From NCBI GenBank assembly GCA_963697015.1, contig CAVOML010000024.1:12227-76226 (forward strand): DNA of 64,000 nt, in the 5' to 3' direction. The stretch comes from an uncultured Alphaproteobacteria bacterium (lineage in GTDB: Bacteria > Pseudomonadota > Alphaproteobacteria > Rhizobiales > Xanthobacteraceae). Made by a program: the position numbers and the translations under genes. This document shows positions 1 to 12,542 of the stretch, piece by piece (the first letter of the stretch is position 1; every line of letters begins with the position of its first letter). The notes beneath the pieces were generated by a model. The model did no database searches and was not told the origin of the DNA. It saw only the letters and a program-made list of their open reading frames with translations.

Positions 1-1444
1 CCGTCCTTGATCGCGCCGAAATCGGCCGCGAGCCTTGGCCGCGAGCGCCAGCACCGCCGCGCCGTCGTGCCGCGCCAGCGCGCCGGCGCCGACCAGCACG
101 ATCGGATTCTTGGCATCCTTGAGCACGTCGGCGAAGGAGTGCTTGCCGGCCGCGAGATCGCTGAGCGTGTCCGTGCCCGCGCCGAGATAGTCATAGTCGT
201 AGGTGAGATCGGCCTTGGCGCCGATCACGCCGACCTTGAGCTGGCCGGTGCGCCAGCGCTTGCGGATGCGCGCGTTGAGGACGGCGGCTTCCTTGCGCGG
301 GTTGGAGCCGATGATCAGCAGCGCATCGGCCTGGTCGATGCCGGCGATGGTCGGATTGAAGATGTAGGACGCGCGGCCGAGCCTTGGGATCGAAGGCGTC
401 GCCGCCCTGCACCGCGAGATTGGCCGAGCCGCATTTCGCCAGCAGCTCCTTCAGCGCGAACATCTCTTCGACACCGGCAAGATCGCCGGCAATGGCGCCG
501 ATGCGCTTGCCGTCGATGCGGCCGGCCTTGGCCGCGATCGCAGCGAACGCTTCGGGCCAGGAGGCGGCGCGGAGCTTGCCGTTCTCGCGGATGTAGGGCC
601 GGTCGAGCCGCTGCGTACGCAGGCCGTCGACGACGTGGCGGGTCTTGTCGGAAATCCACTCCTCGTTCACGGCCTCGTTGATGCGCGGCAGGATGCGCAT
701 CACCTCGCGGCCGCGGGTGTCGACGCGGATCGCCGAGCCGACGCCATCCATCACGTCGACCGACTGGGTCTTGCCGAGCTCCCAGGGCCGCGCCGCGAAG
801 GCATACGGCTTCGAGGTCAGCGCGCCGACCGGGCAGATATCGACGAGATTGCCCTGCAGTTCGGATGTCAGCGCCTGCTCGAGATAGGTCGTGATCTCCA
901 TGTCCTCGCCGCGGCCGGTCGCGCCCATTTCCGGCGCGCCGCAGACTTCGGCGGAGAAGCGGACGCAGCGCGTGCATTGGATGCAGCGGTTCATCGAGGT
1001 CTTGACCAGCGCGCCCAGATATTTGTCCTCGACCGCGCGCTTGTTCTCGGCGAAGCGGCAGGTGTCGACGCCATAGCCCATCGCCTGGTCCTGCAGGTCG
1101 CACTCGCCGCCCTGGTCGCAGATCGGGCAGTCCAGCGGATGGTTGATCAGCAGAAACTCCATCACGCCTTCGCGCGCCTTCTTCACCATCGGCGAACGCG
1201 TGGAGATTTCCGGCGGCTCGCCCTTGGGACCTGGACGGCAATCGCGCACGCCCCAGGCGCAGCTTGCGACCGGCTTCGGTCCGCCCTTCACCTCGACCAG
1301 GCACATCCGGCAATTGCCGGCGATCGACAGCCGCTCGTGGTAGCAGAAGCGCGGGATCTCGGCGCCCGCGGCCTCGCACGCCTGCAGCAGCGTGTATTCC
1401 GGCGGAACATCGATCTCTTTGCCATCGACGATGATTTTGGTCAT
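1..1444 (-). CDS. nuoG: NADH-quinone oxidoreductase subunit G (runs off left edge; +1 frameshift near 380)
   Basis: N-terminal Fe-S motifs ([44 protein letters not shown]). After ...GAT CCC AAG an extra G shifts the frame; removing it restores [25 protein letters not shown]. Confidence 0.95.
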
Positions 1445-1450
1445 TGCTTC

Positions 1451-1938
1451 TCAAGTCTTTCCCAGCTTGCAGTCGGGCGGTGTAACGCTGGCGGTCTTCA
1501 GCGACGCCTTCGACCCATTGCTGGGTCTCGGCGCCGTAGGTGGCGAGATAGGCCGGCTGCGCCTGCGTTCTTCTCGCAGAGGAACGGCAGATGCGGCTTC
1601 AGATCGTAATCGCAGGAGGCCTGCCATTCGCGCTTGTCGGCGAAGGCGGCGATCGTTTCCTCGCAGGCGTAGAGGAAGTAGGAGACGAAGCTCTCGTACT
1701 GGACCTGCTCGTCGCGGCTGCCGGCCTTGATCGCATCGTAATCGGGATGCGAGAATTTCGGATTCTTGAACGCGCAGATCGGTATAGCCGAGAAACGCCT
1801 GCCGCGCGCTGGCGGCGCGATTGTTGGTGCGGATCTCGTTGATCTGGAACAGGATCGCAACAAAGCCGAGCAGCGCCACGGCCGCCTGCGCCATCTGCGC
1901 CAGCGTCCCGTATCTCTGCCACCAGAAATGCTCGTTGC

Positions 1939-1942
<4 letters not shown>
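1451..1942 (-). CDS. Small membrane-anchored hypothetical protein inserted between nuoF and nuoG (apparent frameshifts near 1770 and 1500-1560)
   Basis: GTG start overlaps the nuoF stop (GAGTGAGC). N-terminal hydrophobic helix [17 protein letters not shown]. The soluble part ([15 protein letters not shown]...[14 protein letters not shown]) is split across frames. Confidence 0.65.
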
Positions 1943-3265
<1,323 letters not shown>

Positions 3266-3314
3266 GACTAAACAGCTTCTCCAATCAGCGGTTTGCGTTT
3301 CGCGCGAGCCCGCA

Positions 3315-3926
3315 TCAGGTGACTTCCTTCAGCGTGGTCGGCCCGGTGATGGGCGCGGAAAACTGGCGGCCGTTCTGCGGACCCGGCTTGGGTGGATTGC
3401 CGGACGCAAAGCCGTCGAGCACCTTGCCAAAGTTCTCCTTGGTCAGGTCCTCATAGGTATCCTTCCAGATCAGCACCATCGGCGCGTTCACGCAGGCGCC
3501 CAGGCACTCCACTTCCTCCCAGCTGAAATTGCCGTCCTTGGAGAGATGGAAGGGATCGTGATGAATGCGGCTCTTGCAGACGTCGATGATGTCGCCCGCG
3601 CCGCGCAGCCGGCAGGGCGTGGTGCCGCAGACCTGGACATGCGCCTTCTTGCCGACCGGCGAGAGCTGGAACATCGTGTAGAAGGTCGCGATTTCCAGCA
3701 TGCGGATGTGGGGCATTTCCAGCAGATCGGCCACCGCACGGATCGCAGCTTCCGATACCCAGCCCTCATGCTGCTCCTGCACTCGCCACAGAATGGCAAT
3801 TGCCGCCGACGCCTGGCGTCCCGGCGGATATTTGGCGATCTCCTTCCTGGCCCAGGCGAGGTTCTCGTCCGAGAACGCAAAACTCGCGGGCTGCACTTCC
3901 TTGGGCGCTAGGCGGCGGACGGACAT
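3315..3926 (-). CDS. nuoE: NADH-quinone oxidoreductase subunit E
   Basis: 2Fe-2S ligands VCGTTPC...[10 protein letters not shown]; position in the nuo operon. Confidence 0.97.
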   Translation of the reverse strand: MSVRRLAPKEVQPASFAFSDENLAWARKEIAKYPPGRQASAAIAILWRVQEQHEGWVSEAAIRAVADLLEMPHIRMLEIATFYTMFQLSPVGKKAHVQVCGTTPCRLRGAGDIIDVCKSRIHHDPFHLSKDGNFSWEEVECLGACVNAPMVLIWKDTYEDLTKENFGKVLDGFASGNPPKPGPQNGRQFSAPITGPTTLKEVT

Positions 3927-3940
3927 CGTGCTCTAGTCTT

Positions 3941-4903
3941 TCATTGCATGCGGCGCGCGGCATTCGCATTAAGCGCATTGATCCGGTTTTGCCAGAACGC
4001 GCTTGCGGTGCCGAACACATTGTAGCCGACGTGGGACGAAACCTTGATGCGGTCGAGGATCGAGAGTTCCTTGACGGTCTCGAGCCGGCTCGAGAGCGGA
4101 TCGTAGACCATCAGCGTGAGCGGCGTCTTTTCCAGGATATAGCGCGACACCGTGTGCTCGCGGTCATTGCCGTGTTCTTCGCACAGCACGACGCTGTCGG
4201 TCTGCAACAGCCGCGACCCGCCCTTGATCGCCTCGATCTCGACACCCTCGACGTCGAGCTTGATGAGATATTTGCCGTTGGCCGAAACCCTGCCGTCGTC
4301 GATGAGGTTGTCGAGCGCAATGACCGGCACTTTCTCACCGCCGCTGCCCGCGCCGGCGATGCTAAAGGCTTCGTGCTTGGTACCAGTGAGATGCGCCGTG
4401 CCACGAACCGAGCCAATCGCGCATTTCATCAGCTCGAAACGGTTGTCGTTGACGCGCGCATTGTTGGCGAGCTTTGGAAAATTCTGCCCTGAAGGCTCGA
4501 TCGCGATCGCCTTGTGCGCGCCGAACGGCTTGCTCGACACCAGCACGGACCAATAGCCGTAATTGGCGCCGCAATCGACGAAGGTGTAGTCGACGTCAAC
4601 GGAGTCGCGGAACAGCAGCTCCAGCTCGTCTTCATAAGAGTACGAACGGTTGAGCAGCTTGCTCCAGTAGCCGTCGCCATAGGGAAACTCGAACACGGCG
4701 TCCGAGTTCAGCTTGATCGCGATATTGCGCTCCGGCAGCGTCTTGCGCAGCAAATTGGCGCAGGAATTGTAGCCGCGATGCGAGAAGTGCGAGGAGATTT
4801 TCGAACCTGTGGCGAGCGCCAACGCAGCCGTCCGCTCCCACAGGTTGGCCCCGTCGAGGGCCCCCGAGGCGCGATCAAACTGGATGGGCGCTGGCGCCAT
4901 CAC
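3941..4903 (-). CDS. FkbM-family SAM-dependent methyltransferase
   Basis: [12 protein letters not shown]-binding motif, [13 protein letters not shown]; ATGA overlap with the nuoD stop. Confidence 0.88.
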   Translation of the reverse strand: MMAPAPIQFDRASGALDGANLWERTAALALATGSKISSHFSHRGYNSCANLLRKTLPERNIAIKLNSDAVFEFPYGDGYWSKLLNRSYSYEDELELLFRDSVDVDYTFVDCGANYGYWSVLVSSKPFGAHKAIAIEPSGQNFPKLANNARVNDNRFELMKCAIGSVRGTAHLTGTKHEAFSIAGAGSGGEKVPVIALDNLIDDGRVSANGKYLIKLDVEGVEIEAIKGGSRLLQTDSVVLCEEHGNDREHTVSRYILEKTPLTLMVYDPLSSRLETVKELSILDRIKVSSHVGYNVFGTASAFWQNRINALNANAARRMQ

Positions 4904-6096
4904 CGATCGACCTCACCGAACACGATATCGAGCGAGCCGAGAATGGCCGAGACGTCGGCGAGCAGATGACCGCGGCAGATGAAGTCCATCGCCTGCAGAT
5001 GTGCAAAACCCGGCGCGCGGATCTTGCACTTGTAGGGCTTGTTGGTGCCGTCGGAGACGAGGTAGACGCCGAACTCGCCCTTCGGGGCCTCGACCGCGGC
5101 ATAGACTTCGCCGGCCGGCACGTGGACGCCCTCGGTGTAGAGCTTGAAATGATGGATGAGGGCTTCCATCGAACGCTTCATCTCGCCGCGGCGGGGTGGC
5201 GAGATCTTGTTGTCCTGGACAACGACCGGCCCCTGCCCATCCGGCGCTTTGAGCTTCTGGATGCACTGCCTCATGATGCGCACGGACTGGCGCATCTCTT
5301 CCATGCGAATGCAGTAACGGTCGTAGCAGTCGCCGTTCTTGCCGATCGGAATGTCGAAATCCATCTCGGCATAGCACTCATAGGGCTGCGCCTTGCGCAA
5401 ATCCCAGGCCGCGCCGGACCCCCGCACCATCACGCCGGAGAAGCCCCACTCCCACGCCTGCTGCAGCGTGACCACGCCGATGTCGACGTTGCGCTGCTTG
5501 AAGATGCGGGTACCGGTGAGCAGCCGGTCGAGGTCATCGACCACCTTGAGGAACGGATCGCAGAACATCTCGATGTCGTCGATCAGCTTCGGCGGCAGGT
5601 CCTGGTGCACGCCGCCGATGCGGAAATAGGCCGCATGCATGCGCGAGCCCGAGGCCCGCTCGTAGAACACCATGAGCTTCTCTCGCTCCTCGAAGCCCCA
5701 CAGCGGGGGGGTCAGCGCGCCGACGTCCAACGCCTGCGTAGTGATGTTGAGCAGATGAGAAAGCAGCCGGCCGATCTCGCAATAGAGCACGCGGATGAGC
5801 TGGCCGCGGCGCGGCACCTCGATGCCCAGCAGCTTTTCGGCCGCGAGGCAGAAGGCGTGCTCCTGATTCATCGGCGCGACATAGTCGAGCCGATCGAAAT
5901 ACGGGATCGCCTGCAGATACGTCTTGTGCTCGATCAGTTTTTCCGTGCCGCGATGAAGCAGGCCGATATGGGGATCGACGCGCGCGACCACCTCGCCATC
6001 AAGCTCCAGCACCAGGCGCAGCACGCCATGCGCCGCCGGATGCTGCGGGCCGAAATTGATGGTGAAGTTGCGCAGGTTTTGCGGTTGCTCGTTCAT
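4900..6096 (-). CDS. nuoD: NADH-quinone oxidoreductase subunit D
   Basis: [28 protein letters not shown] and terminal DIVFGEVDR. Confidence 0.98.
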   Translation of the reverse strand: MNEQPQNLRNFTINFGPQHPAAHGVLRLVLELDGEVVARVDPHIGLLHRGTEKLIEHKTYLQAIPYFDRLDYVAPMNQEHAFCLAAEKLLGIEVPRRGQLIRVLYCEIGRLLSHLLNITTQALDVGALTPPLWGFEEREKLMVFYERASGSRMHAAYFRIGGVHQDLPPKLIDDIEMFCDPFLKVVDDLDRLLTGTRIFKQRNVDIGVVTLQQAWEWGFSGVMVRGSGAAWDLRKAQPYECYAEMDFDIPIGKNGDCYDRYCIRMEEMRQSVRIMRQCIQKLKAPDGQGPVVVQDNKISPPRRGEMKRSMEALIHHFKLYTEGVHVPAGEVYAAVEAPKGEFGVYLVSDGTNKPYKCKIRAPGFAHLQAMDFICRGHLLADVSAILGSLDIVFGEVDR

Positions 6097-6098
6097 GG

Positions 6099-6707
6099 TC
6101 AGGCCTTCGGTCCCGCCTTCTCATCGCCGGGCAGCACGGGATAGTCCGCCCCCTCCCACGGCGAGAGAAAATCGAATTTGCGGAATTCCTGACTGAGCCG
6201 AACGGGTTCGTACAGCACCCGCTTCTCCTGGTCGTCGTAGCGCACCTCGACAAAGCCGGTCAGCGGGAAATCCTTGCGCAAAGGATGGCCTTCGAAACCG
6301 TAGTCCGTCAGCAGGCGGCGCATGTCCGGATGGCCGATGAAGATCACGCCGTAGAGGTCATAGGTCTCGCGCTCGAACCAGTCGGCTCCCGGAAACACAT
6401 CGATGATCGAGGGCACCTGGGTGGTTTCGTCGGCCTCGGCGCGCAGGCGGATGCGCGTGTTCAGCGTCGGCGACAACAGATGATAGACGACGTCAAAACG
6501 CTTCTCGCGGCCGGGATAATCGACCGCGGTGACGTCGGTGATATTGACGAAGCGGCAGCCCGCGTCGTCGCGCAGATATTTGACGACGTCGACGATCTGT
6601 TCGGCCTGCACCGTCACCGTGAGTTGATCGAATGCAACCGAATACCCGATCACAGCCTGCGGCAATGCCACCTTGATGGATTCACCGAGTTCAGCGAGCT
6701 TGCTCAC
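6099..6707 (-). CDS. nuoC: NADH-quinone oxidoreductase subunit C
   Basis: [30 protein letters not shown]. Confidence 0.97.
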   Translation of the reverse strand: MSKLAELGESIKVALPQAVIGYSVAFDQLTVTVQAEQIVDVVKYLRDDAGCRFVNITDVTAVDYPGREKRFDVVYHLLSPTLNTRIRLRAEADETTQVPSIIDVFPGADWFERETYDLYGVIFIGHPDMRRLLTDYGFEGHPLRKDFPLTGFVEVRYDDQEKRVLYEPVRLSQEFRKFDFLSPWEGADYPVLPGDEKAGPKA

Positions 6708-6955
6708 TTGTGACCCTCTAATTCTTTTACCTTATTCTCAAGGGCTTCGATCCGCTCCTCAAACTCGCCCGTTACGAGCTTGCTCAACCGTGTGTCGGCT
6801 GTCAGCGCCTGCCTATAGCTCTTCTGCGCGTCTTCCACCCCACCCGGCCGCTTGTCGAGCGCGGCTATCATCGCCCGCGTCTGCTCATGCTGCGCGAGGT
6901 TTTCAGCGCGCGTTTCACGCAGCAGCGGCACGATCATGTCTGCCGGATCCGTCAT
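6704..6955 (-). CDS. Hypothetical coiled-coil protein between nuoB and nuoC
   Basis: 83-aa ORF with heptad-like C-terminus ([16 protein letters not shown]); its stop overlaps the nuoC GTG start. Confidence 0.7.
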   Translation of the reverse strand: MTDPADMIVPLLRETRAENLAQHEQTRAMIAALDKRPGGVEDAQKSYRQALTADTRLSKLVTGEFEERIEALENKVKELEGHK

Positions 6956-6965
6956 GATGCCTCGT

Positions 6966-7550
6966 TCAGCGTTCGATGGTGCCCGTGCGGCGGATCTTTT
7001 TCTGCAGCAGCAGCACGCCGTAGAGCAGCGCTTCCGCCGTCGGCGGGCAGCCAGGCACGTAGATGTCGATCGGCACGATGCGGTCGCAGCCGCGCACTAC
7101 CGAATAGGAATAGTGGTAGTAGCCGCCGCCATTGGCGCAGGAGCCCATCGAGATCACGTAGCGCGGTTCCGGCATCTGGTCGTAGACCTTGCGCAGCGCC
7201 GGCGCCATCTTGTTGGTGAGCGTGCCGGCCACAATCATCACGTCGGACTGTCGCGGCGAGGCGCGGGGCGCGAAGCCGAAGCGCTCGACGTCGTAACGCG
7301 GCATCGAGACCTGCATCATCTCGACCGCGCAGCAGGCGAGACCGAAGGTCATCCACATCAGCGAGCCCGTGCGCGCCCAGGTGATCAGGTCATCGGCTGC
7401 GGCAACGAAGAAACCCTTGTCGGAAAGCTCGTGGTTGACTTCGAGAAAGTAATGGTCATTGGCGCCGACCGGCCGGCCGGTGGCGTGATCCAGAATGCCC
7501 TTCGGGGCCGGCGCGACCGCCGGCTGGGTGGCAGCGGGACTCAATCCCAT
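6966..7550 (-). CDS. nuoB: NADH-quinone oxidoreductase subunit B
   Basis: [30 protein letters not shown] (N2 cluster ligands). Confidence 0.98.
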   Translation of the reverse strand: MGLSPAATQPAVAPAPKGILDHATGRPVGANDHYFLEVNHELSDKGFFVAAADDLITWARTGSLMWMTFGLACCAVEMMQVSMPRYDVERFGFAPRASPRQSDVMIVAGTLTNKMAPALRKVYDQMPEPRYVISMGSCANGGGYYHYSYSVVRGCDRIVPIDIYVPGCPPTAEALLYGVLLLQKKIRRTGTIER

Positions 7551-7906
7551 TCGAGCGCGCCTTTCTTCCATTCATAGGCAAAGCCGACCGTCAGCACGGC
7601 CAGGAACACGACCATCGACCAGAACCCGGTGGCGCCGAGCTTGCCGAACGCGACCGCCCAGGGGAACAGGAACGCCACTTCGAGGTCGAAGATGATGAAA
7701 AGGATCGCAACCAGGTAGAAGCGGACGTCGAACTTCATGCGGGCGTCGTCGAAAGCATTGAAGCCGCATTCATAGGCTGACAGCTTTTCCGGATCGGGCT
7801 GCTGGAACGCGACCACGAACGGCGCGATCAACAGCACGGTGCCAATCAAGGCTGCTACGCCGACAAACACCACGAGGGGGAGATAATTCTGCAGGATGCC
7901 CGTCAT
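7541..7906 (-). CDS. nuoA: NADH-quinone oxidoreductase subunit A
   Basis: [38 protein letters not shown]. Confidence 0.98.
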   Translation of the reverse strand: MTGILQNYLPLVVFVGVAALIGTVLLIAPFVVAFQQPDPEKLSAYECGFNAFDDARMKFDVRFYLVAILFIIFDLEVAFLFPWAVAFGKLGATGFWSMVVFLAVLTVGFAYEWKKGALEWD

Positions 7907-8105
7907 CGGCACTACCTTCTTCCGCGGTTTCGGGGGCCGCAGATTCGTCGATTTGGAATTGTTCTTGAGGCTTAGCGCAGCGCAACAGAGCGCGCAAGAC
8001 AAGCTATTTTGACGCCATCCACGGCACGGGAAAACTTCATCCGCCGGATGTCATCGATGCGCGTGGGCTTGCTGGACGCCGCGCAGCCTCTGATCTTCAG
8101 GTAAG

Positions 8106-8633
8106 TCAGCCCAGCTCTTTTTCAACCGCCAGCATGTCTTCGGCCTTGCGGGTCAGGCGGTCAATATGATCGAGCAGATCGGCAACTTCCTGCGGATCGA
8201 GCTGTTCCAGCAAGCGCTGATTGCGTTCCAACGCGCCCGCCACAATAGCGTCATGGGCGGCGAGCCCAGTCCGGGTCAAACAAACCAGCACTTCCCGATT
8301 GTCGTGGGGGTTCACCGCCCTGGCGACCAATTTTCGCGAAACCAAACCTGCCAACGCCCGGCTGATCTGCCCCTTGTCCTGGCCCACGGCTTCGGCCAGC
8401 CGGACCACACTCATCGGCGGCCGGCGGCCGAGCGAAGCGACCAGACCGAACTCCACCGAGGATAGCCCGGCGAGGCGCTTGTAGCGCAGGATCGCCCCCC
8501 GCTTGAGCAGATTGGCGAGCACCATCAGCCGCGACGACATCATCGCCGTGATCGGCGCCAGCTCGGCGGCGGTGCCGATTGGAGGCTCCGGCTCCGCGCG
8601 CAGCTCGGCGGCACGTTTCAATTTCCTGCTCAT
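8106..8633 (-). CDS. MarR-family transcriptional regulator
   Basis: Winged-helix signature (LAEAVGQDKGQISRALAGL...NPHDNREVLVCLT); divergent from the Rieske gene. Confidence 0.88.
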   Translation of the reverse strand: MSRKLKRAAELRAEPEPPIGTAAELAPITAMMSSRLMVLANLLKRGAILRYKRLAGLSSVEFGLVASLGRRPPMSVVRLAEAVGQDKGQISRALAGLVSRKLVARAVNPHDNREVLVCLTRTGLAAHDAIVAGALERNQRLLEQLDPQEVADLLDHIDRLTRKAEDMLAVEKELG

Positions 8634-8677
8634 CCAAAACCTTTGCCAACAAAGGAGGCCGATGGAAAGCGCAAATC

Positions 8678-8692
8678 GTTGATATTGTCATC
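8678..8692. promoter_or_regulatory. Candidate MarR operator (imperfect palindrome GTTGATATTGTCATC)
   Basis: TGA-N5-TCA dyad in the short divergent intergenic region between marR and the Rieske gene. Confidence 0.35.
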
Positions 8693-8748
8693 GATCTACC
8701 CTTTCCTTCTCGCCAAGCAAGACAACAAGCAGCCGGGAGGAAACGGCG

Positions 8749-9940
8749 ATGACCATCACCCAGCAGGACCGCGATCTCGGCACGGCCTATGCCATGAAGC
8801 CGTCGACGACACGGACCGAGCTGACCGCGGTCGGCCGCGGGACGCCGATGGGCGAGTTGTTGCGCCGTTACTGGCATCCGGTCGGGCTGGTCTCAGACGC
8901 GACCGATATCCCCAGGAAAGTGAGGGTGTTAGGCGAGGATCTGATCCTGTTTCGCGACCGGCTTGGCCGGGTAGGCCTGTTGCATGCGCGATGCTGCCAT
9001 CGCGGCACCACGCTCTATTACGGCAAGGTCGAGGATGACGGCATCCGCTGCTGCTACCACGGCTGGAAGTTCGACATTGAAGGCCGCTGCCTCGAGCAGC
9101 CCTGCGAGACCGACGGCGGGATGTTCAAGAACAAGGTGCGCCAGCCCTGGTATCCCGTGCAGGAGCTTTACGGGCTGATCTTCGCCTATATTGGCCCGGC
9201 CGACAAAAAGCCGGTGCTGCCGCGCTACGAGTGCCTCGAAAACATGGACGCCGGCGAGTTCGTCGAAGCCGACGATACCTCGATCGGCGGCGGCGGCCCG
9301 GCCATCATCCCCTGCAACTGGCTGCAGCATTTCGAGAACGTGGTCGATCCCTATCATGTGCCGGTGCTGCACGGCTCATTCAGCGGGCCGCAATTCACCA
9401 ACATGATGGCCTCGATGCCCGAGGTGAAGTTCGAGATGTCGCCGCGCGGCGTCACCGTGCGCTCGATCCGCAAGCAGGACGACGGCAAGATCTTCTACCG
9501 GGTCACCGAAGCCGCCCTTCCCACTCTCCGCGTCGTGCCGAACCCGCGCGTGGCGCAATTTGCCCGCGTCGAGTTCGATCGGCTGGACACTGCCGATCGA
9601 CGACACCTCCTTCCGCATCTATGTCGCCGGCCGGGTGAAGAACTCCGGCGACATCTCCCGCATGCGCTCCAAGTTCAACGGAAAATTCTGGTGGGACATG
9701 ACCGAGGAAGAGCACCAGCGCTTTCCCGGCGACTACGAGGCGCAAGTCGGCCAGGGAACGATGACGTTGCATTCGGAAGAACATTTCGGCCAGAGCGACC
9801 GCGGCATCCTGATGGTGCGGCGGATGCTGGGCGAACAGCTCGAGGCGCTGGCCGCGGGGCGCGATCCCGTCAGCGTATCCTTCGATGCGAACGCCAAGCC
9901 GATCGAATTCGAAGCGGGGAATTTCATTCGCGAGGCGTGA
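8749..9940 (+). CDS. Rieske non-heme iron oxygenase alpha subunit (phthalate 4,5-dioxygenase-like); +1 frameshift near 9575
   Basis: Rieske motif CCHRG...CCYHG and mononuclear Fe motif ENVVDPYHVPVLH. GAGTTCGATC has one T too many; the true C-terminus is in ORF 9560..9940. Confidence 0.9.
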
Positions 9941-9975
9941 GACTTCGCGTCAAGGAAAAACATCAGGGGGAAGCC

Positions 9976-11268
9976 ATGGTCGATCTCGCGCCGCAGGCGG
10001 CCGCGTCAATGCAAGCTCAAGCCGTGCCCTCCGCGAAACGCTATTACGTGCTCGGCGTCCTGACCGTCGTCTATGCCCTGAACTTCCTCGACCGCACGAT
10101 CTTCAATGTCCTGATCGAGCCGATCAAGAAGGAGTTTGTCCTCAGCGACACCACCATGGGCCTGCTCGCGGGCTTCGGCTTCGTGCTGTTCTATTCGCTG
10201 CTCGGCATTCCCATCGCGCGCATCGCCGACCGGCTGAACCGGCGCAACATCGTGGCGATTGCGTTTGCGTTCTGGAGCGTGATGACCTTCCTCTGCGGCA
10301 TGGCCACCAGCGTCGCCACGCTCGCCCTGGCGCGGATCGGCGTCGGCATCGGCGAGTCCGCAGGTACCCCGGCGTCGCAATCGCTGGTCGCCGATCTCTT
10401 CAGCAAGAACGAGCGTCCCCGGGCCCTCGGCATCTACGCCATCGGCACCTATCTCGGCGTGTTCATGGGCTATTTCATCGGCGGCTGGGTCAACCAGCAC
10501 TATGGCTGGCGGATGGCGTTCTTCTCGGCCGGTCTGCCCGGCATGGCGCTGGCCGCGGTGCTATGGCTGACGGTTTCCGAGCCCAGGCGCGGCGCCATGG
10601 CCGAGAGCTTTGTGCCGGAGCCGCTCGGACCGACGTTGAGCTTCCTCGCGACCCAGCCGAGCTTCATCATCGTGTTGATCGGGTTTTGTCTGACCACCTA
10701 TACCAATTACGCCACCGCCGCCTGGATCCCGCCGTTTCTCGCGCGTGTGCATCATTTGTCGAGCGTCGAGATCGGCACCTATGCCGGCACCTTCAAGGGC
10801 CTGGCCGGCATGGCGGGCACGCTGGTCGGCGGCCTCCTTGTGGCGGAGATCAGCAAACGCGACGACCGCTGGAAACTATGGGCGCCGGCGATCATGTCGG
10901 GTCTCGCGGGCCCGGTGTTCGCGGTCTGCATGCTGACGCAGGACTTCGCGACCATGGTCGCGATGCTTGCGCTGACTTCCTTCATGGTCGGCTTTCACCT
11001 GGGGCCGATCTTCGCGATCGCCCAAACCGTGGCGCGGCCGAGCATGCGAGCGCTCGCCTCCGCCTTCATCCTGTTGACCGCGACCTGTTTTGGCCAGGGC
11101 GTCGGCCCGCTCGCCGTCGGCATGATCAACGACGCACTGAAGGCAACCTACGGCAACGACGCCGTGCGCTATTCGTTGCTGTCGGCCGCGGTCACGACCA
11201 CGCTCGGCGCGCTCTTGTTCATCTGGGCAGCGCGCTACATCCGCGCCGACATCAAGCGGGCGGTTTAG
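9976..11268 (+). CDS. MFS transporter (spinster-like)
   Basis: LNFLDR TM1, motif A IADRLNRRNI, about 12 hydrophobic segments; own RBS (GGGGGAAG) before ATG 9976. Confidence 0.92.
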   Translation: MVDLAPQAAASMQAQAVPSAKRYYVLGVLTVVYALNFLDRTIFNVLIEPIKKEFVLSDTTMGLLAGFGFVLFYSLLGIPIARIADRLNRRNIVAIAFAFWSVMTFLCGMATSVATLALARIGVGIGESAGTPASQSLVADLFSKNERPRALGIYAIGTYLGVFMGYFIGGWVNQHYGWRMAFFSAGLPGMALAAVLWLTVSEPRRGAMAESFVPEPLGPTLSFLATQPSFIIVLIGFCLTTYTNYATAAWIPPFLARVHHLSSVEIGTYAGTFKGLAGMAGTLVGGLLVAEISKRDDRWKLWAPAIMSGLAGPVFAVCMLTQDFATMVAMLALTSFMVGFHLGPIFAIAQTVARPSMRALASAFILLTATCFGQGVGPLAVGMINDALKATYGNDAVRYSLLSAAVTTTLGALLFIWAARYIRADIKRAV

Positions 11269-11564
11269 GTCAAAGGCCCGGTGTACGTCTCCAGCGCCGA
11301 TCAGGCCTCCGCACGGCAGTGGAAGCAGTTCCACACAGACCCCTTCGGGGTCATATTTATTGATTTCATTATTGTTTTTGTCCCGAGGGCCGACAGCGCC
11401 CGGGTCTTGTTGCGGCCGGGCCGGCGCTCCCCGCGAGCTTCAACACGAAATCAATTCAGGCGGGCAACGAAACCATTTCGTGGAACCCACGAAACCGGCC
11501 TGAAACAGAGGAGGCGTAGTCCTACGGCCAACGAAGGGCGTCATCAGGCGCCGGGAGGCTGAAG

Positions 11565-11759
11565 ATGAACCACTCCATTCACTCCGCTGATCGTGCGACC
11601 CACCTGAAGATCGTGGCGGTGGCGCTGGTGGCCGGCATCGCGGTGGCAGCATTCGGTATCGCTGCTCGCACCAATGTGGATTACAGCCAGACCGCCCATG
11701 TCATCAAAGCCGGCAAGCCGGTGGTCGTGACCAGCTCGGACACCTCGATGGTCCGCTGA
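11565..11759 (+). CDS. Small single-TM hypothetical protein
   Basis: 64 aa, RBS GGGAGG, one hydrophobic helix, followed by a terminator. Confidence 0.75.
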   Translation: MNHSIHSADRATHLKIVAVALVAGIAVAAFGIAARTNVDYSQTAHVIKAGKPVVVTSSDTSMVR

Positions 11760-11786
11760 CCCGAACAACAGGAATTACGTAAGAAC

Positions 11787-11809
11787 GGCCGCCTTCGGGC
11801 GGCCTTTTT
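11787..11809. terminator. Rho-independent terminator
   Basis: GGCCGCC-TTCG-GGCGGCC followed by TTTTT. Confidence 0.85.
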
Positions 11810-11841
11810 GCGATTATGACGCTTTATTTGATGAAAATGCG

Positions 11842-11918
<77 letters not shown>

Positions 11919-12129
11919 ATGATCGGATGATCCGCAGAGGTGTGGGACTTAAAGGGGCCACCATTACAAGTCAAGGATGTTAAAAGCTCCTGTCTGGCAA
12001 GGCTTTTTGCGATGCCGACGCAAATAATGCCTTGTTTTCAAGGCAAATCGACATGGTCGGTTTCGGCCGAATCGTTTAAGGCCTGATACGTCTCAGGTTC
12101 CGAGCCATTAATTAACGAGGAGGGCTAAC

Positions 12130-12429
12130 ATGGCGAAGAAAGCAGCGTCCCCGGCAACCATCACGCTCAAGCACCTGGCGGCGGCCATTGCCGAAGAACA
12201 GGAGCTATCCAAGAAGCAGGCCGAGGCTATTCTCACCGACATGGTCACCATGATCACCAAGCACCTCAAGAAGGGCGAGCGGATCCGTATCGTGGGCCTG
12301 GGCATCCTGCAGGTGCGCAAGCGCGCCGCGCGCATGGGCCGGAACCCCGCTACCGGCGAACCGATCCAGATCAAGGCTTCGAAGAAGGTCGCCTTCCGCG
12401 CCGCCAAGGAGCTGAAGGAAGCCGTCTAG
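12130..12429 (+). CDS. HU/IHF-family DNA-binding protein
   Basis: IVGLGILQVRKRAARMGRNPATGEPIQIKASKKVAFRA histone-like signature. Confidence 0.95.
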   Translation: MAKKAASPATITLKHLAAAIAEEQELSKKQAEAILTDMVTMITKHLKKGERIRIVGLGILQVRKRAARMGRNPATGEPIQIKASKKVAFRAAKELKEAV

Positions 12430-12450
12430 GCCGGTATTCTGCCGACAGGA

Positions 12451-12494
12451 GCGTCATTCCGGCTGGCATACGCCGCCCCGGAATGGCGCTTTTT
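12451..12494 (+). terminator. Terminator-like hairpin resembling a CGTC-REP remnant
   Basis: GCGTCATTCCGG...CCGGAATGGCGC followed by a T-run. Confidence 0.6.
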
Positions 12495-12542
12495 GTTTAT
12501 GATGCCCGCAAACATCCACCTCCTAGCCGCGGTTCAAGAAAA

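Noticed and set aside
8749-11268. Apparent 839-aa Rieske oxygenase-MFS fusion
   Set aside because: Produced by a +1 frameshift at ~9575. The true Rieske C-terminus ends at 9940 and the MFS gene has its own RBS and ATG at 9976.
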